A DNA stretch of 64,000 nucleotides, taken from the NCBI GenBank assembly GCA_965116925.1, contig OZ220744.1, positions 2,080,001 to 2,144,000 on the forward strand, written 5' to 3'. This document shows positions 9,916 through 19,725 of the stretch, piece by piece. A program made the translations under genes and the position numbers. Within the stretch, counting starts at the first letter, position 1. Each line of letters starts with the position of its first letter. The DNA is from Candidatus Poribacteria bacterium (GTDB lineage Bacteria; Poribacteria; WGA-4E; PCPOR2b). The notes beneath the pieces were generated by a model, which did no database searches, had not been told where the DNA came from, and saw nothing but the letters and a program-made list of their open reading frames with translations.

Positions 9916-10968
9916 ATGGAAAAGTTAAAAGTTGGAATTATTGGGTTGGGTGGAATCGCCCGTTCTCATTGTGATGCGATCGCAACACTGGACAACGTAG
10001 AGGTTGTGGCGGTTGCTGACCTCTTTGAGGAAAAACGTCGCGAATACATGGAGAAATACAGTATCCCAAGGGGGTATGAAACTCACACCGAACTATTGGA
10101 GGACGATGAAGTTGATGCCGTGGCTGTTGTCCTCGGTCATCAACTCCATCATCGACTTACCGTAGACTCCTGCAACGCTGGTAAGCATGTCTTGGTAGAA
10201 AAGCCGATGGCAATTAACCTACAGCAATGTGACGATATGATAGCAGCGGCGGCTGCTAACAATGTCAAGTTGATGGTTGGGTATAGCCAGCACTATTACG
10301 CCACAAGTGTAAAGGCGAAGGAGATCCTCGATTCGGGCGATCTAGGACCGCTCATAACCGCGGTGTGCTATATGTCCAAGAACTGGGGGTATTCAGGGCG
10401 ACGGCCGCAATACCGCAGTCGTTACCACGGTGGTGGTATGTGGCTGACCAACGGTGTTCATGTGGTAGACCGGCTCACATGGGTGATGGCGTCACAGGCG
10501 GCATCGGTATCAGCATCTATCGGTGCACGTGCACATTACCAAGCAGGTGATGATTCTGCCACTGCTTTTATTCGATACAAAAATGGACTTGCCGGCGTTG
10601 CTGTAGCCATTGGATACGCCGATGGGGCACCGGACTTCAGTTGTCAAGTCATCTGTGCCAACGGCACGTTGCGGTTCAGTCAACACGGCGAAAAATATGT
10701 CAGAGTAGGCAAGGGAGACAAGTGGGAAGATGTGCCATTCGATGATACGCCGGTTGAGATGCACAACGAATGGAAATTTTTTGCTGAAGCAATTGAAAAG
10801 GATATCGAGCCACCGACGCACGGAGAGTGGGGACGCCATATTATGGAGATCCTATTTGCCGCTGAGCAGTCTGCCATCACCGGTCGGGAGGTAGTGTTAG
10901 ATAGCGGTCTCGGTTGGACGAATCAGACGTCTGGCTCTCCTATCACGATTGATCACGGTTGGGTTTAA
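9916..10968 (+). CDS. Gfo/Idh/MocA family oxidoreductase
   Basis: VGIIGLGGIA, GKHVLVEKPMA, GGGMWLTNGVH; strong SD AGGAGG. Confidence 0.92.
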   Translation: MEKLKVGIIGLGGIARSHCDAIATLDNVEVVAVADLFEEKRREYMEKYSIPRGYETHTELLEDDEVDAVAVVLGHQLHHRLTVDSCNAGKHVLVEKPMAINLQQCDDMIAAAAANNVKLMVGYSQHYYATSVKAKEILDSGDLGPLITAVCYMSKNWGYSGRRPQYRSRYHGGGMWLTNGVHVVDRLTWVMASQAASVSASIGARAHYQAGDDSATAFIRYKNGLAGVAVAIGYADGAPDFSCQVICANGTLRFSQHGEKYVRVGKGDKWEDVPFDDTPVEMHNEWKFFAEAIEKDIEPPTHGEWGRHIMEILFAAEQSAITGREVVLDSGLGWTNQTSGSPITIDHGWV

Positions 10969-11042
10969 GGGCATAATGATAGAAGTGTCCAAATGGACAG
11001 AGAGGTGCGTCCGAATCGCTGACGGAAGAAATGGAGGCAAAA

Positions 11043-12317
11043 ATGTCCAATTCAATTTTGCAGGAGAGTTTTGCACGCAGCAATGCAGGTAAAAATGTCT
11101 TTCTACTATCGGAGCACGGTTGCGGTCGTGCCACCGCATACGGCGATTGCAACAAAATTATCACGATTCGGGACAAAACGCACGTAGCATGGCTCGATAC
11201 AATTGCGGAAGGATTTCGCGTGCGTTCCCGGACGCTGGATCGGAACACGAACCGGTGGTCTCCGACATATACCGTCGGAGAGGCATACGATAACCACGGC
11301 GGCCCTGCGTTGACGGTGGACAGTTCGGGATACCTTCACATCGTCTATTACCCGCACCATCATCCCTTCCGATACCGTCGTTCGGTTCGTGCAAACGATG
11401 TATCTGAATGGGGGGACGAAATTGAGTTTGGTGACCGATGTACTTATCCCACGATGGTCTGCGGCTCGGACGACACCCTCTATCTAACAGGCAGAGAAAA
11501 TCGAGGATCTGAACCGTGGTATGTGAACCTTTATATCAAACCACCCAACGCACCATGGCAGGAACCTATCACGGTTTTCCAAGATGATAAGGGTGGGTAT
11601 ATTCGTTATCAGGGAGCGTTGGCGTGGGGCCGAGACCATCGGACGTTGCACACGACTCTCTTGATTTTTGATGAAAACCGATCATACACTGTCGGTTATC
11701 TCCGTACTCCTGACAGTGGCAAAACATGGGAGCGCGCCGATGGCACACCTGTTTCACTTCCTGCCACCCGCGAGACAGTCACGCTCATTGACACCAAGCC
11801 TAGAGATTTGCGTTTCGGGTCTATCGCTGTTGATAGGGAGAGCACCCCTCATATCCTCTACAGTACCTGTCCTTCCTTTGCCATACCGTCCCAAGCATGG
11901 ATTGTGTGGCTGGATGGGTCTGGTAGGTGGTGCCGCCGCTCACTCTCCGACGAACTTCCCAAGGAATGGGAGGGTTGGAGTCTCGCCATGGATGGTGCCC
12001 TCCACATCGCTCCTGACGGTCAGATTTTCGTTGTCCTGGCACTGATGAAGCCCGAAACCGTCAGTGAGGGAAATTGGGCACATAACAGTGCTGAGATCAT
12101 TGGGTTGCACGCCCCGGATATCGGTAGCAAGTTCACCATTGAGTTGCTTTCCAAACCCGATATGACAGTTCCACATTGGCTTCCAACCTTGGAACGTCCC
12201 ACAGGACACAACCGCGTCGACGTCCCTAGCGTGATGTATACTGACGGCGTAGCGGGTGAGGGGTGTCATGATATTCTTTCCAACGGTGTTTATTGGATGG
12301 ACATGCAACCACGGTGA
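11043..12317 (+). CDS. BNR-repeat (BNR_4/sialidase-like beta-propeller) protein
   Basis: DNHGGPALTVDSSGYLHIVY, TYP and the Asp-box TPDSGKTW; SD GGAGG precedes ATG 11043. Confidence 0.75.
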   Translation: MSNSILQESFARSNAGKNVFLLSEHGCGRATAYGDCNKIITIRDKTHVAWLDTIAEGFRVRSRTLDRNTNRWSPTYTVGEAYDNHGGPALTVDSSGYLHIVYYPHHHPFRYRRSVRANDVSEWGDEIEFGDRCTYPTMVCGSDDTLYLTGRENRGSEPWYVNLYIKPPNAPWQEPITVFQDDKGGYIRYQGALAWGRDHRTLHTTLLIFDENRSYTVGYLRTPDSGKTWERADGTPVSLPATRETVTLIDTKPRDLRFGSIAVDRESTPHILYSTCPSFAIPSQAWIVWLDGSGRWCRRSLSDELPKEWEGWSLAMDGALHIAPDGQIFVVLALMKPETVSEGNWAHNSAEIIGLHAPDIGSKFTIELLSKPDMTVPHWLPTLERPTGHNRVDVPSVMYTDGVAGEGCHDILSNGVYWMDMQPR

Positions 12318-12444
12318 TGATCTGTTTTCTCACGTTTTCGTAGGAAAGATCTCCCCTTGAAAAAAGCAGGTTAGGAGAAGTAATGGAGATCGCGGATATT
12401 TCTCAATTGATTAAATCAAGGCAGGTGGTGACAGGAAATTTACG

Positions 12445-13641
12445 GTGCACAAAAGCGGTCAAAAAAGTATCTATCAGATATTAACCCCCATTCTGTTTCT
12501 TACTGGGATTCTCTTTTTTACGTTTCTTTCGCGGGTTGTTTTTTCACCGCTGCTGGTGCTAATTGAGGAAGAGCTTCACCTATCCCATGCGAAATCGGGA
12601 AGTCTGTTTCTCCTCATCTCTATCGGATTTGCTCCGGTAATGTTGGGGTCAGGTTTTGTCTCTCAAAGGCTTACACATCGGGGGACAATCCTGCTTTCGT
12701 CAATAACGTGTGGGTTGGCAGTTCTTCTAATCGCTTTCAACCCTTCGCTGATGGGCATTCAAATCGGTATGGTCGTACTTGGCGTGGGATCTGGACTCTA
12801 TTTTCCATCGGCGATGGCGACGATGACCCGTTTGGTCGGTCCTGAACATTGGGGAAAAGCGATTTCGCTGCATGAGGCGGGACCTACGATGGGATATGTT
12901 CTCGCACCTATGGTTGCCGAATTGGGGTTAAGTTTTACATCGTGGCGGGGTGTCCTAATAATTGTTGGTGTTGCAGGTTTAATGATGGCTGCGATATTCG
13001 CGCTATTTGGCAAGGGCGGCAGATTTGCCGGTGAGCCTCCACGCTTAGATAACGTCGGAGAAATCTTTCGTCAGCCCTCATTTTGGGTGATCGCTATCTT
13101 GATGAGTTTGGCTTGCGGGGCGAGCGTCGGGGTTTACGCAATTCTACCAGTCTATCTTATCAGCGAACAGGGACTAGACCAAGGCTTGGTGAATACCCTC
13201 GTAGGGCTCTCACGGCTATCTGGGCTTGTTGCTGTTTTTCTTGCCGGCTGGTTAGCGGATCGCTTTGGCGCGAAGCGGGTCATGGGAGGGATTTATACCG
13301 CAACCGCTATTTTGACAGGACTGATGGGTTTTGACCAGAAGATTATCCTACTGATTGTGGTATTTCTCCAACCGGCGGTCGTTGCTGCTTTCTTCCCGGT
13401 TGGGCTGTTGGGGCTGGCAAACGTGGGACCTCCCCGCACTCGAAACGTTGCCGTCTCGTTGATGATTCCCTTTGTTTACCTGTTTGGTGCTGGAGTTGTC
13501 CCTGCTGGTATGGGGATCATGGGGGAATACTACGGATTTGCGCTTGGCTTTCTTTTGATGGGAGGGATGCTGTTAGCTAGCTTATGTCTCCTACTGTTTT
13601 TGCGTGACCAGCCAGAACCTGTGCCCGATCTTAGTAGATAG
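12445..13641 (+). CDS. MFS transporter
   Basis: About 12 TM helices, motif A GWLADRFGAKRV. Confidence 0.88.
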   Translation: MHKSGQKSIYQILTPILFLTGILFFTFLSRVVFSPLLVLIEEELHLSHAKSGSLFLLISIGFAPVMLGSGFVSQRLTHRGTILLSSITCGLAVLLIAFNPSLMGIQIGMVVLGVGSGLYFPSAMATMTRLVGPEHWGKAISLHEAGPTMGYVLAPMVAELGLSFTSWRGVLIIVGVAGLMMAAIFALFGKGGRFAGEPPRLDNVGEIFRQPSFWVIAILMSLACGASVGVYAILPVYLISEQGLDQGLVNTLVGLSRLSGLVAVFLAGWLADRFGAKRVMGGIYTATAILTGLMGFDQKIILLIVVFLQPAVVAAFFPVGLLGLANVGPPRTRNVAVSLMIPFVYLFGAGVVPAGMGIMGEYYGFALGFLLMGGMLLASLCLLLFLRDQPEPVPDLSR

Positions 13642-13765
13642 AGGAAAGCCTATCAGTGTAGCAGTTAGATATGAGCATACGATATTTCTACATGGAGTAG
13701 ATATTGTAAATCTTTATCGGTATCGGTAGATACAGAAAACCAATGCCGAAATGAGGTCAGAAACG

Positions 13766-14893
13766 ATGAAGATTCGACATATTCAAGCCTTTCCGCTTGC
13801 CTATCCAGAGCCACATTACAAAGGCATTGAACGGTATATCACGCTTGCCCGCGTAGAGACAGAAGATGGGGTGGTCGGTTGGGGGGAATGTATTTCACAG
13901 TTCCGGGAGGCGGCACTGGCAACCAAGATCATTATTGAGCAGGGGCTTGCACCCTTGCTTATCGGTGAGGATGCGATAGATGTAGACCGGCTCTGGCACA
14001 TAATGCAGTCCCGTATCTGGTGGTATGGACCTGAAGGGATTGCTGCCTTCGGGGTGAGTGCCTTGGATATGGCACTCTGGGATGTGAAAGGGAAAGCACT
14101 GGGCTTGCCCGTTTGCCGATTGCTAGGAGGACAGTTGCACGACAAAGTCGTTGCGATGGCGTCCTTTATCTTTGATATGGAAGATTTTGACTGGACGCTC
14201 AATGAATTTCGTTTTCTCAAGGAGGCGGGATATCAGGTTGTCAAAGCTGGCTGGGGTATGCGACCGGAGGCACTCTTCGGTCAAAATCGGCAGCGCGACA
14301 TTGAAATTGTCCGACGGGTGCGAGAGGTTATCGGCGATGACTTGGAACTAATTGTTGATACACCTGGGCATCACCGTCTCTGGGACGTTCCGACCGCGAT
14401 TCAGCGTTTCCGAGACCTGGAGCCGTATCGACTTCGATGGATTGAGCAGCCACTGCCGCCTCACGACCTTGAAGGACATGCCCGACTCCGGGCAGCGGTT
14501 GCCACTCCCATCGGCACGGGTGAGGATGAGTGGAACGTCGAGAGTTACCGGCGTCTGATTCAGTCAGGGGGTATTGACGTGGTGCAGATAGACCCTGGTC
14601 GTTGCCACGGCATCACCGGTTCTCTCCACGTCATCAAACTTATCGAGGCAGAAAGTCTGGAGTTCAGCTTTCACACGTGGAGCAGTGCGCTTAACACGGC
14701 TGCTAGCCTACACCTGCTTGCCGGTTCGACACATGGTGTGGCAATGGATTTCAAGCCGCATGAATCACCAATGCAACACGAATTGGTCAGCGATCCATGG
14801 GTTCAGGAAGATGGTTATCTCACCGTGCGGGAAACCCCTGGCTTGGGGGTTCAGGTACGCGAAGATACTGTACAGAAATATTTATTTAGCTGA
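13766..14893 (+). CDS. Mandelate racemase/muconate lactonizing enzyme family protein
   Basis: VETEDGVVGWGE, SALDMALWDVKGKALGLPV, WIEQP, TGEDE; start at ATG 13766 after GAGG. Confidence 0.92.
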   Translation: MKIRHIQAFPLAYPEPHYKGIERYITLARVETEDGVVGWGECISQFREAALATKIIIEQGLAPLLIGEDAIDVDRLWHIMQSRIWWYGPEGIAAFGVSALDMALWDVKGKALGLPVCRLLGGQLHDKVVAMASFIFDMEDFDWTLNEFRFLKEAGYQVVKAGWGMRPEALFGQNRQRDIEIVRRVREVIGDDLELIVDTPGHHRLWDVPTAIQRFRDLEPYRLRWIEQPLPPHDLEGHARLRAAVATPIGTGEDEWNVESYRRLIQSGGIDVVQIDPGRCHGITGSLHVIKLIEAESLEFSFHTWSSALNTAASLHLLAGSTHGVAMDFKPHESPMQHELVSDPWVQEDGYLTVRETPGLGVQVREDTVQKYLFS

Positions 14894-14905
14894 GAGCGTT
14901 TACAG

Positions 14906-15865
14906 ATGAGTTCACATGTCGTCGGTATCGACATCGGTGGAACAAAACTTGCCACGGTTGTCGCTGATAAAGATGGAAATATACTTCAAAAGGTGCGTAA
15001 GCCGACCGAATCAGAGAGGGGCCCTCGTCATGCAGTACAGCTGCTTCTGCAGATGGTTAATGAGGTGATCGATTTGGGGGGATTGCGGCGCGAAGACATC
15101 TCCGGGATTGGTGTAAGCTGCGGTGGCCCCCTCGACACGAAAACTGGTATTATCTATTCTCCGCCAAATCTGCCGGGGTGGGATGCACTGCCGTTGAAGG
15201 AGATGATTGAGTCAGAGTACCATATTCCTACCATCATTGAGAATGATGCAAATGCTAGCGCACTTGCGGAAGCGCGATTTGGAGGTGGACGTGGCTACGA
15301 CTATGTCCTCTATATGACAATGAGTACAGGCATCGGCGGCGGCATCGTTGCAAATGGAAAAATCTATCACGGTGCGAATGACAGCGCAGGGGAGGTTGGG
15401 CATCAGATCTTGCTCCCCGACGGTCCCCTCTGTGGGTGTGGTCAGTATGGGTGTCTGGAAGCCTTGTGTTCAGGACCTGCCATTGCGCGTCGTGCACAGG
15501 GGGCGATTACGGATCAACCTCATACGAGAATTCTAGTGCTCGCGGACGGGCAGATTGATCGCGTCAGATCGGAGCATGTGCTCCAAGCTGCGCGGGATGG
15601 TGATGCGTTGGCAATCGCTTTAGTGGAAGAGACAGCGTACTACATGGGTTGGGGGATTGCGAATCTCGTCAATATCTTAAACCCCCAAATCGTTTTACTC
15701 GGAACAATTGCGGTTGCTGCCGGTGACTTGCTACTAGACCCAATTCGACGCACCGTAACGGAAATGGCAATGCAACGTCCCTTGGAATCTGTTAAAATTA
15801 TGCCAGCGGAATTGGGTAATTCCATCGGTGACCTTGCTGCAATTTCGTTGGTAATTGACAGTTAG
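14906..15865 (+). CDS. ROK family sugar kinase
   Basis: VGIDIGGTK, ENDANASALAE, STGIGGG, GEVGH...CGCGQYGCLEA. Confidence 0.93.
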   Translation: MSSHVVGIDIGGTKLATVVADKDGNILQKVRKPTESERGPRHAVQLLLQMVNEVIDLGGLRREDISGIGVSCGGPLDTKTGIIYSPPNLPGWDALPLKEMIESEYHIPTIIENDANASALAEARFGGGRGYDYVLYMTMSTGIGGGIVANGKIYHGANDSAGEVGHQILLPDGPLCGCGQYGCLEALCSGPAIARRAQGAITDQPHTRILVLADGQIDRVRSEHVLQAARDGDALAIALVEETAYYMGWGIANLVNILNPQIVLLGTIAVAAGDLLLDPIRRTVTEMAMQRPLESVKIMPAELGNSIGDLAAISLVIDS

Positions 15866-15953
15866 CGTGGAAGGAATCGGTTTAACCAGTGCTGACAAAA
15901 ACCAATTTCGCAGAACTATACACTATCTGACTGAAATTTGGAGATGATGATTC

Positions 15954-16532
15954 ATGGATCGTATACAAGAGTATATTTCACATCTACAGGGTGTGTTGGA
16001 ACGTCTTTCTTTAGCCGATGTTCGCCAATCTATCGATCTTGTGATGGAGACATATCAGGCGGATCGGCAAATTTTCGTCATCGGCAACGGCGGCAGCGCG
16101 TCTACTGCGTCACACATTGCCACTGATTTGGGTAAAGGAGCAAGTGTACCCGGAGTGCGTCGCTTTCGGGTGATTAGTCTAACCGATAATGTTGCCACAA
16201 TGACGGCGTGGTCAAACGATGTGTGTTATGAAGATGTGTTTGTTGAGCAACTCAAAAACTTGGTCAATCCGGGCGATTTGGTGATTGCCATCAGCGCGAG
16301 CGGTAACTCTGAAAACGTCATTCGGGCGATCTACCACGCTAAGGCTATTGGTTGTAAAACCATCGGTTGGACAGGGTTCGGCGGCGGAAAGCTCCGGGAG
16401 ATGACGGATGTCAGTGTTGTTGTGGACAGCCATGACTACGGACCTGTTGAAGATGTGCACCTCATCCTCAACCATATCCTTCATTCTTGGATTCGGAAAG
16501 AGCTTACAGATTCAGAATTGAAGTTGGATTAG
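15954..16532 (+). CDS. SIS-domain phosphosugar isomerase (GmhA-like)
   Basis: IGNGGSASTASH, AWSND...VFVEQL, ISASGNSENV, VEDVHL. Confidence 0.9.
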   Translation: MDRIQEYISHLQGVLERLSLADVRQSIDLVMETYQADRQIFVIGNGGSASTASHIATDLGKGASVPGVRRFRVISLTDNVATMTAWSNDVCYEDVFVEQLKNLVNPGDLVIAISASGNSENVIRAIYHAKAIGCKTIGWTGFGGGKLREMTDVSVVVDSHDYGPVEDVHLILNHILHSWIRKELTDSELKLD

Positions 16533-16557
16533 GATAAAAACAGAAAGGAGACAGCAC

Positions 16558-17457
16558 GTGCAATATAGGAAACTTGGACGCACAGAGCTAGAGGTGTCGG
16601 AACTCGGTTTCGGGGCATGGCACATCGGTTGGACACCGCCGCAAGAGGGAGATGAAGTCGGACAGCTTCTGAATCGCGCGCTTGATGCTGGTGTCAATTT
16701 TATTGATTCATCGGCGGCGTATCGTTGGAGCGAAGAACTGATTGCCAAGTACATCGGTCATCGTCAAGATGAGTTTTATTTCGCCACCAAGTGTGGATCA
16801 TGGCGGGTGCAGCAACCAGATGGTGAATGGGTACAAACCTTGGACTACTCCGCCAAAGCTATTGAGCCGCAGATTGACCGGAGCCTGCAGCGACTGAAGA
16901 CGGACTGTATTGATATCATGCAACTGCACAGTCCCAAGTATGATGATGTCGCTTTCGGCGACGGGTTGGAAGGACTCAAGAAGGCGCAGAAAGCAGGGAA
17001 AATTCGATTTGTCAGCCTATCTGCGGACGGGGATACTGCGCTCAAGGCAATTGAGATTGGTGAGTACGATACGCTGCAGCTCACCTACAATGTGCTGCAG
17101 CAGGACCCCGCGGAAGTCATTGCTGCCGCACGCGAAAAGGATATGGGCATCATCATCAAAGGTCCAATTGCGAATGCCATTTATGAACAATCACATCCTG
17201 ATGAAAGCAACGCCAAGACGTGGTACAACGCCCGGAAGATTCTTGCCCCGGAGGTGATAGGCGATATGTCCCGCGTAGAGGCTTCACTGCGGTGGCTGCT
17301 CTGCGATTCAGATGTTCACACCGCCATTGTTGGCACAACCAACATCGATCACTTTGAGGATAATCTCGCCGCTACAGAGCGCGGTCGGTTACCTGACGAG
17401 ATGCTATCGGAAATTAGAAGTCGGTTTGAACAGGTAAGGGCGGAGGGTGTTGAATAG
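16558..17457 (+). CDS. Aldo/keto reductase
   Basis: YRKLGRTELEVSELGFG, GVNFIDSSAAY, SLQRLKTDCIDIMQLH. Confidence 0.92.
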   Translation: MQYRKLGRTELEVSELGFGAWHIGWTPPQEGDEVGQLLNRALDAGVNFIDSSAAYRWSEELIAKYIGHRQDEFYFATKCGSWRVQQPDGEWVQTLDYSAKAIEPQIDRSLQRLKTDCIDIMQLHSPKYDDVAFGDGLEGLKKAQKAGKIRFVSLSADGDTALKAIEIGEYDTLQLTYNVLQQDPAEVIAAAREKDMGIIIKGPIANAIYEQSHPDESNAKTWYNARKILAPEVIGDMSRVEASLRWLLCDSDVHTAIVGTTNIDHFEDNLAATERGRLPDEMLSEIRSRFEQVRAEGVE

Positions 17458-17489
17458 GAATTATCACACATCTGAAACTTAAAGAAAGG

Positions 17490-17548
17490 AACGCAAGGAT
17501 GCAAAGAAAAAAAAATAAAAAAACCTTGTGCCTTTGCGTCTTTGCGTT
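17490..17548. repeat. Inverted repeat of CTTTGCGT-type 8-mers around an A-rich loop (possible terminator or repeat element)
   Basis: AACGCAAGGATGCAAAG ... CTTTGCGTCTTTGCGTT. Confidence 0.55.
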
Positions 17549-17559
17549 AAAATAACAAT

Positions 17560-18423
17560 ATGCTACGATATGTTTTTGCCGTGATGTTTTTTGTATTGAC
17601 AGCGTCCATCTCGCACGGCTTGAAGGTGGGTGATAGTGCTTTAGAAACTACCTTCACGTCCGGTGACAAGCAGCTTAAATTCGCTGATTTTCATGGGAAA
17701 TCCAACCTCATCGTTGTAGGAGATGCAGCGAAGTACCCACAATTTATTTCCCAGCTGGAGCGGAAAGCAGAAGAATTCAAAACTGCGTATGACGCAACAA
17801 TCTTGCGTGTACAAGAGGAGATTGGAATCTTTGTCATTGATAAGTCGGGATATGTGCGTTGGAAGTTTCTCGCTGATGTTGGTCTGGCACAGTCTGCAAT
17901 TGGAAAACTCGAATCTGAGTTGGTAAAGCTCAAACGCGATAGTCCATTGCCGATTGGTTCACCGGCACCGGATTTTCGGCTCGTGGATGCAGAAAGTGGC
18001 CTCCTTTTCAGCCTTTCCACATACAAAGAGAAAAAGCATGTATTGGTTACGCTGTTGTTGCAAACCTACTGACCACATTGTGCCAATTTTACGTCGCAGT
18101 TTGCGACGAATCGTCAGTTATTGGATGAGAAGTATGATACCGTTGTTGTTGCTATCAAACCCGAACCGAAACCGGTTGTCTTTCGCTTCAAGGACCCGGT
18201 AACAATGGACGTGCCGCTGTTAGCCGATCCCGGATCCTCTATTCATGAAGCATACGGAATTGTTAAACCGTATCGCTTTCACAACCGGGATATGTATCTA
18301 CCGGCAACACTCCTCATTGACAAACAGGGCATTTTGAGGTGGATGTATATTGGGGTGAAAAACTCGGACCGCCCTAGTTTGGATTCGATTGTCGAACAAC
18401 TTGAAAAATTGAACACCGAATGA
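17560..18423 (+). CDS. Predicted selenoprotein: exported AhpC/TSA (peroxiredoxin-like) protein with UxxC motif, 287 aa
   Basis: ORFs 17560..18072 and 18121..18423 are in the same frame. Reading through TGA 18070-72 gives LLLQTY-U-PHC-ANFTSQF..., at the CxxC position of a Prx-like fold (GSPAPDFRL ... PLLADPG ... PATLLIDKQGILRW). A SECIS hairpin follows, and there is an N-terminal signal peptide. Confidence 0.88.
18068..18118 (+). promoter_or_regulatory. Bacterial SECIS element
   Basis: Stem CGTCGCA (18092-98)/TGCGACG (18102-08) with a G-first apical loop GTT 26 nt after UGA. A lower stem ACTGAC (18068-73)/GTCAGT (18113-18) includes the UGA. Confidence 0.8.
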
Positions 18424-18439
18424 ATCGTAGGAGTATACC

Positions 18440-19687
18440 ATGACCTCAAAAGATTTTATCGTCAAAGACATTGAACGGATTGTGCTAAACATACCTTTCC
18501 ACCCCCGTTGTGCCCATGTAAAAGAGGTGCGTGTCTCCGACTGGTCGATCGTGGAGTTGTGCAAGGTGACCACAGCTTCGGGAGTTGTTGGAATCGGGGA
18601 GACGCTTCCGCATTACACATGGGGCAGATCAGGAGACGAACAGTTTAATCGGGTGCGCGATCGGAATATCTTTGAATTTCTAATGGACGACAGTCTCGGT
18701 GCTGGGCTACAAATGGCACTGTTCGATGCCGCCGGCAAATTGCTGGATGTGCCGTGCCATCGCCTGATGGGATCGCAGTATCGCGAGACCTGTCCGGTGT
18801 CTTGGTGGGCACAAGACATGAAACCCGAAGAGTGGGCAGCCGAAGCAAAAACGGCGGAAGCACACGGTTTTACAAATATTAAGGTGAAAGCGCGTCCTTG
18901 GTTTGACATTGACCAACAGTTAGGGGCGGTCTGTGAAGCGGTATCACCTCACTTTAAGTTGGACGCAGATTTCAATGGATTGCTGTTGCGTATAGATTTG
19001 GCTGCGCCGTTAATCAGTCGTCTGGAACAGAAATACAGCAATCTGGCGATTGTGGAATCCCCTATTCCACAAGAGGATGTGGAGGGAAATGCGCTGCTCC
19101 GACAAAAAATCCGTACTCCGATTGCCATGCACATGGGTAACCCGCCGGTTATGACCGCGATCCGGGAGGGTGTGTGTGATGGATTTGTCATTGGTGGAGG
19201 TGTTAACCGCACCTTGAAGGATGGTATTCTGGCAGAACGGGCGCAGATGCCGTTCTGGTTGCAGATGGTCGGAACTGGGTTGACCACGATGTTCTCTGTC
19301 CATTTGGGAGCGGTGTTGGAGAGTGCTCGTTGGCCTGCCATTCCATGTATCAATATTTTCTCTCACAACTTGCTCAAGGAATTTAAGGTGGAGGGTGGCC
19401 ATGTCAAAGTGCCAGAAAGTCCGGGGCTGGGCGTTGAACTCGACTGGGAGGCGATAGAGCAGTGTCGTGTTGAACCCGATTTCAAGAAACCGGTTGCACG
19501 TCAGATTCACACTATTTTGTGGCCCGATGGGCGGCAAACGCACTATCCGGATGGTAGTTATCGATCGGTTTTTCTTGCGGGCAAACTTCCGCCGTTCCTA
19601 CCGGGTGTTTCCTTAGAACGTCGCTTGGATGACGGCTCGGAAACGTTTGATCGGGAGTATCGGGAACTATTCCCCGAAACAAGTTGA
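18440..19687 (+). CDS. Enolase-superfamily (mandelate racemase/MLE-like) enzyme
   Basis: GVVGIGET, MALFDAAGK, KVKARP, DADFN, VESP, PESPGLGVELD. Confidence 0.88.
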   Translation: MTSKDFIVKDIERIVLNIPFHPRCAHVKEVRVSDWSIVELCKVTTASGVVGIGETLPHYTWGRSGDEQFNRVRDRNIFEFLMDDSLGAGLQMALFDAAGKLLDVPCHRLMGSQYRETCPVSWWAQDMKPEEWAAEAKTAEAHGFTNIKVKARPWFDIDQQLGAVCEAVSPHFKLDADFNGLLLRIDLAAPLISRLEQKYSNLAIVESPIPQEDVEGNALLRQKIRTPIAMHMGNPPVMTAIREGVCDGFVIGGGVNRTLKDGILAERAQMPFWLQMVGTGLTTMFSVHLGAVLESARWPAIPCINIFSHNLLKEFKVEGGHVKVPESPGLGVELDWEAIEQCRVEPDFKKPVARQIHTILWPDGRQTHYPDGSYRSVFLAGKLPPFLPGVSLERRLDDGSETFDREYRELFPETS

Positions 19688-19725
19688 CAATACCTACCTC
19701 ACTGGCTTTAGCCAAAGGAGTGGCG

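Noticed and set aside
10986..10999. Palindrome TGTCCA-AA-TGGACA as an operator
   Set aside because: Single short instance with no regulator nearby; could be chance.
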